64,000 bases of DNA from Burkholderiales bacterium (GTDB taxonomy: Bacteria; Pseudomonadota; Gammaproteobacteria; Burkholderiales; SG8-41). The notes under the pieces are model-generated. The model was not told the origin of the DNA. It worked only from the letters and a program-made list of their open reading frames with translations, and searched no databases. Location of the stretch: the NCBI GenBank assembly GCA_036555615.1, contig DATBKZ010000048.1, forward strand, positions 2,526-66,525, read 5' to 3'. The translations under genes were made by a program, and so were the position numbers. Within the stretch, counting starts at the first letter, position 1; the number at the start of each line of letters is the position of its first letter. This document shows, piece by piece, positions 17,610 to 26,278 of the stretch.

Positions 17610-17685
17610 GTACCTGATTTAAGTACTTGTACTAAATACGTAAAGAGAGTACGATTCCTGCCGGGAAACCACCGGAGGAGTCGTA
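17596..17685 (+). promoter_or_regulatory. AT-rich, GTAC-dense leader upstream of the methyltransferase gene
   Basis: Five GTAC tetramers at 17596, 17610, 17623, 17629 and 17649. Imperfect inverted repeat TTTAAGTAC-TT-GTACTAAAT. GGAGGAG RBS at 17674-17680. Confidence 0.35.
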
Positions 17686-18918
17686 ATGCTCGCTCTCAAC
17701 CCGCGCGTCGCCTCGCGCACGCTGGAGATTTCGGCTCCCGTCGCACGCGATGACGCCCGTCCTGCCGGGACCACAACCCTTCCGCCGATACCCGTCTTCG
17801 AGCAGGCGTTCTGGACTCACCGCCAACGGCAAGCAAGCTCGATACACGAAATCTCCTACCGCGCCTGCTTCAAGCCGCAGCTGCCTGCCTACTTCATCGA
17901 GCGCCTCACGCGTGAGGGCGACGTCGTCTACGATCCCTTCAGCGGGCGCGGCACGACGGCGGTCGAGGCCGCGCTGCATGGGCGCGCAGTCGTCGCCAAC
18001 GACGTCAGCCCGCTCTCCCAGATCCTGACGCGCCCGCGGCTGGAGCTCCCGTCGATCGCGGACATCGACGCGCGCCTGCGGTCGCTGCGCTTCACTGCCC
18101 GGCCGCGCACGAGCCTCGACTTGTCGATGTTCTTCCATCCTGACACCGAGCACGCGATCCTCGCCTTGCGCGAATACCTCCAGCGGCGCCGCAATGCCGG
18201 AGCCGAGGACGCCGTCGACCGCTGGATCCGCATGGTGGCGACCAACCGGCTCACCGGGCATTCGGCGGGCTTCTTTTCGGTATACACGCTCCCGCCCAAC
18301 CAGGCCGTCTCCACAGAGGATCAGATCCGCATCAACGCGCGCCTGAAGCAGGAGCCGGAGTTCCGCGACGTGCGCGCGCTGATCATGAAGAAGTCCCTGC
18401 AGCTCCAGGGCCGGCTTTCCGCGTCCGACCGGTGGCGGCTGCGCTCGGCGGCGGCGGGCGCGGGCCTGCTCGAGGAGGACGCATCCACGACGCCCGCGAT
18501 CCTCACCGCAAGCGTCCAGCTCACGGTCACCTCGCCTCCGTTCCTGGATGTCGTGCAGTACGCCCGCGACAACTGGCTGCGCTGCTGGTTCAACGGGCTC
18601 GACGCGGAGGCAATCGGCGCCCGCATCACCATGAGCCGGACGGTGGAGCAATGGGCGCAGGCGATGCGCCCGGTGCTGCGTGAGCTCTACCGCGTGACGC
18701 GGCCGGGAGGGTGGGTCGCTTTCGAGGTCGGCGAGGTCCGGCGCGGCGAGGTGAAGCTCGAGGAAACCGTGGCGCCGCTCGGGGTCGACGCCGGTTTCGA
18801 TTGCGCCGCGATCCTGATCAACGCGCAGAGCTTCACCAAGACCGCCAACATCTGGGGTGTCGCGAACAACCGGCTCGGGACCAACTCCAACCGGATCGTG
18901 CTTTTCCGCAAGGCGTAA
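17686..18918 (+). CDS. DNA (amino) methyltransferase, N6-adenine/N4-cytosine type, solitary
   Basis: AdoMet motif I VVYDPFSGRGTTAVEA near residue 85. Catalytic motif IV VTSPPFLDVV near residue 290, followed by LYRVTRPGGWVAFEV. No endonuclease gene on either side. Confidence 0.75.
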   Translation: MLALNPRVASRTLEISAPVARDDARPAGTTTLPPIPVFEQAFWTHRQRQASSIHEISYRACFKPQLPAYFIERLTREGDVVYDPFSGRGTTAVEAALHGRAVVANDVSPLSQILTRPRLELPSIADIDARLRSLRFTARPRTSLDLSMFFHPDTEHAILALREYLQRRRNAGAEDAVDRWIRMVATNRLTGHSAGFFSVYTLPPNQAVSTEDQIRINARLKQEPEFRDVRALIMKKSLQLQGRLSASDRWRLRSAAAGAGLLEEDASTTPAILTASVQLTVTSPPFLDVVQYARDNWLRCWFNGLDAEAIGARITMSRTVEQWAQAMRPVLRELYRVTRPGGWVAFEVGEVRRGEVKLEETVAPLGVDAGFDCAAILINAQSFTKTANIWGVANNRLGTNSNRIVLFRKA

Positions 18919-18943
18919 CCGCCGCCACCCCTCATCCCAACCG

Positions 18944-18958
18944 TCCCCCAAGCGGGGA
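18944..18958. repeat. Short GC-rich hairpin (C/G-tract family)
   Basis: TCCCC-CAAGC-GGGGA, between the convergent MTase stop (18918) and TPP-enzyme stop (18971). Preceded by CCCCTCATCCC. Confidence 0.5.
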
Positions 18959-18970
18959 AGGAGATTGGCG

Positions 18971-20653
18971 CTACTTTGGTAGCCAGGCGGTCGGGGCGAG
19001 CGCCTGCTCGTCGCTCAGGCAGTCGAGGACGACCGGCTTGCCCATGGCGAGCGCCTGCGGCAGCAACCTTCTCAGCTCGCCCGGCGTCTCGACCCGGAAT
19101 GCGGCACAGCCCAATGCCTCCGCAACTTTCGCCAGATTGGCCTCTTTCTGGAACCGCCACAACTCGCCTGAGCGGTCGTCGCGTTTCTCCTGGTACGCGG
19201 CCTTCACCAGCGGGATTTCCTGATTCAGGGACCCGTTGTCGTTGATCACCACGACGAGATTGATACCGTGGCGCGCGGCGGTTTCTAACTCCGGAAGGTG
19301 ATAGTAAAGCCCGCCGTCTCCGGTGAAGCAGATCACGGGCCGATCGGGCAGCGCACACTTCACGCCCATCGCGCCGGGCAATCCCCATCCGAGCGAGCCC
19401 TCGCAACGAATGTAGCGCTGGCCGGGCTGCGTGATGTCGATCATCTGGCCGCTCCACATGCCGGCGTGGCCCGTATCCGAAACCAGGACGCCGTTCGCAG
19501 GCAGCGCTTGCGCGATCTCGCGGCAAATGCGCTCGGGGCGCAGCGGCACTGCGTCAGATGTTAGTTTCGGCTCTGCCGCCCTGCGCCATTCGGCGATGAG
19601 CTCGCGCACGCGCCCGGTCCAACCTCTCGCGCTCTCCGGCGCCCTGCGCGCCGCGGCGTCGCACATCTGCTTGAGCGTCACCTTGGCATCGCCCAGCAGC
19701 GGCACCATGTTCGGGTAATTGCGGCCGAGCTGCTCGGGATCGATGTCGAGCTGGATCACTTGAGTGCCAACAGCGGGAATGCGCCAGTTGGCCGTTACCT
19801 GCCCGCCTGCGTGGCTCCCGACGAAGAACACAAGGTCGGCCTCCGCCACCACCCGGTTCGCGCACGCGCGCGAGTAGATGCCGGCGACACCCACCGAAAG
19901 GGGATGCGTGTCCAGAATCGCGCCCTTGGCAGTCAGGGACGTCGCGACCGGGATCTGAAGCTTTTCGGCCAACTCGACCAGCTCGGCCTGCGCCTCGGAG
20001 ACAACGACACCGCCGCCGGCGACGATGACCGGCTTCTGCGCGCTGGAAAGCAGCCCTACGGCGTCGCGCACGCGCTGCGGTTCAGGTCCGGGCCGGAACG
20101 CCGGCACGCGCGAGAACTGCGGCTCGACTAGGAATTCGAGATCGGCTTCGCGCTCCACTGCCTGGCCGTGCGAACCGCCTAACCGCAGGTGCACCGGGCC
20201 CGGTGCTCCCGAAGTCGCCGTCCGGAAAAGATGCCGCACGAGATCGGGAAGGCGCGCCAGGTCGTCGAGCTGCAGGTTGAGCTTCGTCACCGCGTCGAAC
20301 TGGGTGAGGTCCTCCACCTCCTGGTAAGCGTGCCGGTAGCGCCCGGCCACGGCGGATCCGCCGGTGATGGCGATCATCGGCGAGCCGGCCATGTAGCCAT
20401 CGCGCAATCCGGCGGCGAGGTTCGATGCGCCGATCTGCTGGGCAAGGCAGATACCCGGCCGGCCACTTGCGCGCGCGTAGCCGTCCGCCATGTACGCCGC
20501 CGCCTTCTCGCCGTGCGTGAGGATCTTGCGGATGCCGAGGTCATCCATCTCCGCGAGCGACTCCATCAGAATCGTGGGCACGAAGAAGACATGCGTGGTC
20601 CCGTAGCCCTTCAGCATTTCCGCGAAACACCGCGATCCGGTCATCCTGGGCAT
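18971..20653 (-). CDS. Thiamine pyrophosphate-dependent enzyme (acetolactate synthase/sulfoacetaldehyde acetyltransferase-like)
   Basis: ATG at 20653 (MPRMTGSRCFAEMLKGYGTTHVFFVP). TPP-binding motif GDGGLYYHLPELETAARHGINLVVVINDNG. The 49 upstream codons in the track cross the AT-rich repeat and are unlikely to be coding. Confidence 0.85.
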   Translation of the reverse strand: MPRMTGSRCFAEMLKGYGTTHVFFVPTILMESLAEMDDLGIRKILTHGEKAAAYMADGYARASGRPGICLAQQIGASNLAAGLRDGYMAGSPMIAITGGSAVAGRYRHAYQEVEDLTQFDAVTKLNLQLDDLARLPDLVRHLFRTATSGAPGPVHLRLGGSHGQAVEREADLEFLVEPQFSRVPAFRPGPEPQRVRDAVGLLSSAQKPVIVAGGGVVVSEAQAELVELAEKLQIPVATSLTAKGAILDTHPLSVGVAGIYSRACANRVVAEADLVFFVGSHAGGQVTANWRIPAVGTQVIQLDIDPEQLGRNYPNMVPLLGDAKVTLKQMCDAAARRAPESARGWTGRVRELIAEWRRAAEPKLTSDAVPLRPERICREIAQALPANGVLVSDTGHAGMWSGQMIDITQPGQRYIRCEGSLGWGLPGAMGVKCALPDRPVICFTGDGGLYYHLPELETAARHGINLVVVINDNGSLNQEIPLVKAAYQEKRDDRSGELWRFQKEANLAKVAEALGCAAFRVETPGELRRLLPQALAMGKPVVLDCLSDEQALAPTAWLPK

Positions 20654-20671
20654 CGTTCCGTTCCTCAGCGC

Positions 20672-20745
20672 AAAAAAAGGTGTCAGGAACCTTTTTTTCT
20701 GGTGGGAAATGGCACGCAAACAAAAAAGGTTCCTGACACCTTTTT
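20672..20745. repeat. AT-rich inverted-repeat element (two 24-27 nt arms, 23-nt spacer)
   Basis: Arm A AAAAAAAGGTGTCAGGAACCTTTTTTT (20672-20698). Arm B AAAAAAGGTTCCTGACACCTTTTT (20722-20745) is the reverse complement of arm A. Each arm is itself an A-tract/T-tract hairpin. Confidence 0.9.
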
Positions 20746-20750
20746 CGCCA

Positions 20751-21638
20751 TCACCGCTGCAGGCCGCGGCGGCCGGTATTCGTCGCGCGGTAGAGACCAC
20801 CGTCGCCGGCCGTGAGATAGAGGCTCCCGAGGCTCGCGTCGCCGAACGCGCAACGCATCGGCAGGTCCGCGGGTGCCGGATGCGACTCCAGCACGGTACC
20901 GGAAGCCGAGATCACGTAAAGCATCGGCCCAAGGCCACCCTTCCTCCACCCGGCGCACGCCACGATATTGCCCTCGGCTTCGAGGCACATGCCCTCGATG
21001 CCGCGTTCGGCGGGCGCGAATTCGAGCATCACTGTGCAGGGACCGAGGCTGCCGTCCCGTTTCGCGGGATAGGCGAGCAACCGGCACGGGTCGCCGCGCT
21101 CAGCGTCCCCATCCGCCACGTATAGCGTCTTCTCATCCGCCGACAACAGGAGCGACCGCGGCCCTCTCGTGTCCCGCGTGACCCGCTTGAGCTTCCAGCC
21201 GCGGCGCCGCTCGCGCTCGAGGCGCAGCACCGAAGCATGATCGAGGAACGGATAGACCGGCGGGCCATAAGGCGGAGTGCTGTTCCAGGCATCGGCGATC
21301 CACACTTGCCCCCGGCGGTCCACGATGACGTCCGTCGGCTGGTTGTGGTGCTTGCCTCCGAGCTGATCGCAGGTGGGAGCCGTCGAGCCGTCTTTCAGAA
21401 ACTGGACGACGCGCCTGCCGCCCTCCTGGGCGCCGAATACGCTGCCGTCCGCGGCGATGGCGATGCCATGGGTGCGCCCGGTGACCTTGCGGAAGACCTC
21501 CGCCATGCCGGTCCCCGGATCGAAGCGCAGGATGCGCTCCTCCTGCACGGCGCTGAAAAGCATGGCGGCACCGTCCCACGCCAGACCACCCGTCCTCCCC
21601 TTGTATGGACCCGCAACCAGATGGAATTTCCAGTCCAT
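20751..21638 (-). CDS. SMP-30/gluconolactonase/LRE-family protein
   Basis: 295 aa, beta-propeller-type repeats (GIAIAADGSVF, VWIADAWN, LYVADGD). Confidence 0.8.
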   Translation of the reverse strand: MDWKFHLVAGPYKGRTGGLAWDGAAMLFSAVQEERILRFDPGTGMAEVFRKVTGRTHGIAIAADGSVFGAQEGGRRVVQFLKDGSTAPTCDQLGGKHHNQPTDVIVDRRGQVWIADAWNSTPPYGPPVYPFLDHASVLRLERERRRGWKLKRVTRDTRGPRSLLLSADEKTLYVADGDAERGDPCRLLAYPAKRDGSLGPCTVMLEFAPAERGIEGMCLEAEGNIVACAGWRKGGLGPMLYVISASGTVLESHPAPADLPMRCAFGDASLGSLYLTAGDGGLYRATNTGRRGLQR

Positions 21639-21648
21639 TGCGAATCCT

Positions 21649-22583
<935 letters not shown>

Positions 22584-22584
<1 letters not shown>

Positions 22585-22606
22585 CCTCCTCCATCAAGGG
22601 GGAGGG
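22584..22606. repeat. Short GC-rich hairpin (C/G-tract family)
   Basis: CCCTCCTCC (22584-22592), loop ATCAA, GGGGGAGGG (22598-22606). 9-bp stem with one G-T pair. Confidence 0.6.
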
Positions 22607-22630
22607 AATCATTATTGGCGACTGGCGATG

Positions 22631-23104
22631 CTAGGATTTCTGGTAGGTGCCGATCAGCTCGGCTTTCTCGAGCACGTGCCCCTTCATCGCCTGCTCGAGG
22701 TCAGCCTTGGTGGGATTCTCCATCGCGGGCAGCGCGGTGGAAAGCGCGTAGAGCTTGTGGAAGTAGCGGTGCCGCCCGATCGGCGGGCACGGCCCGCCGT
22801 AGCCGGTGCGCTTCCAGTCGTTGTACCCCTCCAATGTGCCTTTCGGAAGCTCCGCAGTGCGGATCGACTCTTTCAGCGCGCTCGCGATCGACGGAATGTT
22901 GTAAAGGACCCAATGCACCCACGTCATGCGTGGCGCCTTGGGGTCCGGCGCGTCGGGATCGTCCACGATCAATACGAAGCTCTTCGTCGCCGCGGGTGCC
23001 CCGCTCCAGGCGAGCGGCACGGAAACATCCTCGCCCTGGCAGGTGTAGCGCCTGGGAATCGCGCCGTTGTGGGCAAATGCGTCGGACGTAAGCTTGAGCG
23101 CCAT
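22631..23104 (-). CDS. YbhB/YbcL-family PEBP (Raf kinase inhibitor-like) protein
   Basis: 157 aa. FVLIVDDPDAPDP and GYGGPCPPIGRHRYFHKLYAL signature. Confidence 0.85.
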   Translation of the reverse strand: MALKLTSDAFAHNGAIPRRYTCQGEDVSVPLAWSGAPAATKSFVLIVDDPDAPDPKAPRMTWVHWVLYNIPSIASALKESIRTAELPKGTLEGYNDWKRTGYGGPCPPIGRHRYFHKLYALSTALPAMENPTKADLEQAMKGHVLEKAELIGTYQKS

Positions 23105-23114
23105 ATGTCTGACC

Positions 23115-23142
23115 CGTCATGCCCGCATTCGCGGGAACGACG
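23115..23142. repeat. REP-type palindromic element, copy 2 (opposite orientation, diverged)
   Basis: CGTCATGCCCGCATTCGCGGGAACGACG. CCCGC/GCGGG core with flanking CGTC/GACG. Sits between the Prx stop (23143) and the PEBP start (23104). Confidence 0.65.
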
Positions 23143-23643
23143 CTAAAGCTGCTCGAGCATCTTCTCGGCCGAGCTGACTTCGAATTGCCCGGGTTTCTCG
23201 AGGTTCACGCGCTTCACGACCCCGTTCTCCACCAGCATCGAGTAGCGCTGGGAGCGCACGCCGAAGCCGCGTTCGGTCAGATCCTGGTCGAGGCCCATGG
23301 CCCGGGTGAAGGTCGCGCTGCCGTCGCCCAGCATGCGCACTTTTGCGCCGACCTTCTGATCTTTTCCCCAGGCTGCCATCACCATGGCGTCGTTCACCGA
23401 CAGGCACCAGATCTCGTCTACCTTTTTCGCCTTGAGCTTGTCTGCAAGATCCACGTATCCGGGGAGGTGCTTGCCGGAACAGGTGCGCGTGAACGCGCCC
23501 GGCAGTCCGAAGATCACGATGCGCTTGCCGCGCGTCAGGTCCGAGACCTTGTACGATTCGGGACCCGTGGGACAGCCCTGGGTATATTCGACTGTCAGTT
23601 CATTCAGCGTGGCTTCCGGCAGTCGGTCTCCCACCTTGATCAT
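23143..23643 (-). CDS. Peroxiredoxin, Prx5-type
   Basis: FGLPGAFTRTCS peroxidatic-Cys motif, 166 aa. Confidence 0.85.
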   Translation of the reverse strand: MIKVGDRLPEATLNELTVEYTQGCPTGPESYKVSDLTRGKRIVIFGLPGAFTRTCSGKHLPGYVDLADKLKAKKVDEIWCLSVNDAMVMAAWGKDQKVGAKVRMLGDGSATFTRAMGLDQDLTERGFGVRSQRYSMLVENGVVKRVNLEKPGQFEVSSAEKMLEQL

Positions 23644-23794
23644 GGCGCTCTCCTTACGGATTGTTCGGTCCGGCGAGGAAGCTCATAGTATATCCCCGCG
23701 CGCCGGCCCCCATGACACGATGCGGAATCGCGCCAACCGTCCGCCGGCGGACCGGTAGAATCGAATCTCGCCACCAGCCAGGAGTCAAGCCACG

Positions 23795-24241
23795 ATGCCA
23801 GACCTCATGAAGCAATCGCCCTACGGAGTCTTTCTCGAGCACTGCAAGAAGGGCGAGCTGGCCTACCAGATCTCGACTGACGACGGCAAGGCCGTCTTCT
23901 ATCCGCGGGTGGCGGCGCCGGGGAGCGGCAGCACCAGGCTCGAGTGGCGAGTATCGAAGGGGCTCGGCACGGTCTACTCCACGACCGTTGTCTATTACAA
24001 GGACGAGAAGCCGCTCAACGTCGCGCTGATCGACCTCGACGAGGGGTTCCGAATGATGAGCCGGGTGGAGGACATCGATGCCCTCGATGTAAAGATCGGA
24101 ATGCGCGTGAAGGTGAGAATCCATCCGGGCGACGAGAAGCAGCCGCCCTACCCCGTTTTCGCTCCCCTCCGGCCTGGGGAGGAAGTTCCACACCACCCCG
24201 GCTCTTCGAGCCACCCCTCCTCAATAAGGAGGGGAACATGA
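23795..24241 (+). CDS. DUF35 OB-fold/Zn-ribbon protein (thiolase partner)
   Basis: 148 aa. The pattern ...LEWRVSKGLGTVYSTTVVYY...VALIDLDEGFRMMSRV... is typical of DUF35. Overlaps the downstream thiolase-like gene by 4 nt. Confidence 0.75.
   Translation: MPDLMKQSPYGVFLEHCKKGELAYQISTDDGKAVFYPRVAAPGSGSTRLEWRVSKGLGTVYSTTVVYYKDEKPLNVALIDLDEGFRMMSRVEDIDALDVKIGMRVKVRIHPGDEKQPPYPVFAPLRPGEEVPHHPGSSSHPSSIRRGT
24214..24234. repeat. Short GC-rich hairpin (C/G-tract family) overlapping a coding 3' end and the next gene's RBS
   Basis: Perfect 8-bp stem: CCCCTCCT (24214-24221), loop CAATA, AGGAGGGG (24227-24234). The 3' arm is the SD for the ATG at 24238. Confidence 0.7.
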
Positions 24242-25389
24242 GCCTTGAACGAGCCAGCGTCGCCGTCGTTGGCGCCGCGGAATCCGATCTCGGGCAGGTC
24301 GCGCCCCACACCAGCCCGGTCGATCTCATGGCCCAGGCGACTTTGCGCGCGCTGGACGACTGCGGGCTGAAGCTCTCGGACATCGACGGCGTGTTCTCGG
24401 CCGCAACCCAGGTGCGCACCGCGCCGATGACGCTCGCGGAGTACCTGCGCATCAAGCCCGGCTATTTCGACGGGACGGCCATCGGCGGCTCCTCCTTCAT
24501 GTCGCATGTCGCGCACGCGCAGGCTGCGATCGAGCACGGGTTGTGCAACGTGGCCCTGATCGCATACGGCAGCACGCAGCGCTCGGTCTCGCGCGCCGCC
24601 GCGTCGCCCCGCGAATTCAACCCCTACGAGACGCCGTACCGGCCGTTCATGCCGTCATCGGCTTACGCCATGGCAGCCGCGCGCCACATGCACCAATTCG
24701 GCACCACGCGCGAGCAGCTCGCGGAAGTCGCGGTGGCCGCACGCAAATGGGCGCTCCTCAATCCAAAGGCCTGGGAAAAGGAGCCGCTCACGGTCGAGCA
24801 GGTATTGAAATCGCGCATGGTGAGCTATCCCTTTACGGTGCGCGACTGCTGCCTGGTCGTCGACGGCGGCGGCGCGATCATCCTCACTTCCGCGGCGCGC
24901 GCGAACGCGCTCAAGAAGAAGCCGGCCTATGTGCTGGGCGTCGGCGAGGCGCTCTCGCACGCCAACATTTCCAGCATGCCGGACCTGACAGTAACCGCCG
25001 CGAGCGTATCCGGACCGAAGGCCTTCGGCATGGCAAAGCTGAAGCCCGCCGACGTGGACATGCTCTCGCTCTACGACGCGTTCACCATCACGCCGATCCT
25101 GTTTCTCGAGGACCTGGGTTACTGCCCCAAGGGCGAGGGCGGGCGTTTCGTTTCGAGCGGCGCGATCGCCCCGGGCGGCAAGCTCCCGGTCAACACGAGC
25201 GGCGGCGGTCTCTCCTACTGCCATCCCGGCATGTATGGCCTGCTGGTGATGATCGAGGCGATACGCCAGGTGCGCGGCGAATGCGACAAAAGGCAGGTCA
25301 AGGACTGCGAGGTCGCCCTCGCGCACGGCAATGGCGGCGTCCTGTCCAGCCAGTGCACCGTGATCTTCGGCGGGCCGTCAACGGTCTGA
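24238..25389 (+). CDS. SCP-x/lipid-transfer-type thiolase-like protein
   Basis: ATG at 24238 (MSLERASVAVVGAAESDLG). Thiolase-fold C-terminus NTSGGGLSYCHPGMYGL. Paired with DUF35. Confidence 0.85.
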   Translation: MSLERASVAVVGAAESDLGQVAPHTSPVDLMAQATLRALDDCGLKLSDIDGVFSAATQVRTAPMTLAEYLRIKPGYFDGTAIGGSSFMSHVAHAQAAIEHGLCNVALIAYGSTQRSVSRAAASPREFNPYETPYRPFMPSSAYAMAAARHMHQFGTTREQLAEVAVAARKWALLNPKAWEKEPLTVEQVLKSRMVSYPFTVRDCCLVVDGGGAIILTSAARANALKKKPAYVLGVGEALSHANISSMPDLTVTAASVSGPKAFGMAKLKPADVDMLSLYDAFTITPILFLEDLGYCPKGEGGRFVSSGAIAPGGKLPVNTSGGGLSYCHPGMYGLLVMIEAIRQVRGECDKRQVKDCEVALAHGNGGVLSSQCTVIFGGPSTV

Positions 25390-26246
25390 TGGCGATCAAT
25401 TACGACAAGCTGGTCAACTGGAGCATCCCCGAGGTCGAGCAGCGCCTGACAAAGCGCGACACCATGCTCTATGCGCTGGGCGTGGGTCTCGGCACCGACC
25501 CCTGCGATGCGGGCCAGCTGAAATTCGTCTACGAGCAAGGATTGCAGGCGCTGCCGACGATGGCCATCATCCTCGGCTATCCCGGCCCCTGGCACGCGCA
25601 TCCCGATACCGGCATCACCCGCAGCCACGTGGTGCATGGCGAGCAGGGGTTCCGCATCCTCAAGGCGCTGCCGGTGGAAGGCGACGTCGTCGGCAAGACG
25701 CGCGTGACCGGTGTCGTGGACAAGGGCAAGGACCGGGGCGCGCTGCTCTTGACCGAGTGCACGGTGCGGGAAAAGGCAAGCGGGAGCATCCTCTGCGCGC
25801 TCGAATCCACCACATTCTGCCGCGCCGACGGCGGCTTCGGCGGACCCGATGGCCCGGTGAAGTCGCCGCACCCCCTGCCTGAAACGCCGCCGCAACACGT
25901 GTGTGACCTGCCGACCCTGCCGCAGGCGGCGCTCATCTACCGGCTCTCCGGCGACTACAATCCGCTGCATGCCGACCCCGCGTACGCGATCAAGGCAGGC
26001 TTCAGGATGCCGATCCTGCACGGGCGTTGCACCTTCAGCATCGCCGGGCATGCGATCCTGAAGACGCTCTGCGGTTACGATGCATCGCGCTTCGTCGCGA
26101 TGGAGGGGCGCTTCTCCTCCCCGGTCTATCCCGGCGAGACGATACGCACCGAGATGTGGCGGGACGGGAACATCATTTCGTTCCGCTCCAGCGTCCCCGC
26201 GCGCGGAGTCACGGTACTGAACAACGGCCGGGCCGAAATACGGTGA
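25389..26246 (+). CDS. MaoC-like double hot-dog (R)-specific enoyl-CoA hydratase
   Basis: ATG overlaps the upstream TGA (TGATG at 25387-25391). YRLSGDYNPLHADP hydratase-2 motif. Confidence 0.8.
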   Translation: MAINYDKLVNWSIPEVEQRLTKRDTMLYALGVGLGTDPCDAGQLKFVYEQGLQALPTMAIILGYPGPWHAHPDTGITRSHVVHGEQGFRILKALPVEGDVVGKTRVTGVVDKGKDRGALLLTECTVREKASGSILCALESTTFCRADGGFGGPDGPVKSPHPLPETPPQHVCDLPTLPQAALIYRLSGDYNPLHADPAYAIKAGFRMPILHGRCTFSIAGHAILKTLCGYDASRFVAMEGRFSSPVYPGETIRTEMWRDGNIISFRSSVPARGVTVLNNGRAEIR

Positions 26247-26278
26247 CGAGTCACGAGAAACGAGAAACGGAATCCGAC

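Noticed and set aside
17610-18970. Restriction-modification or other defence island around the methyltransferase
   Set aside because: No endonuclease, specificity, helicase or other defence-type ORF lies on either side, and both flanks are metabolic genes. Only a solitary MTase can be supported.
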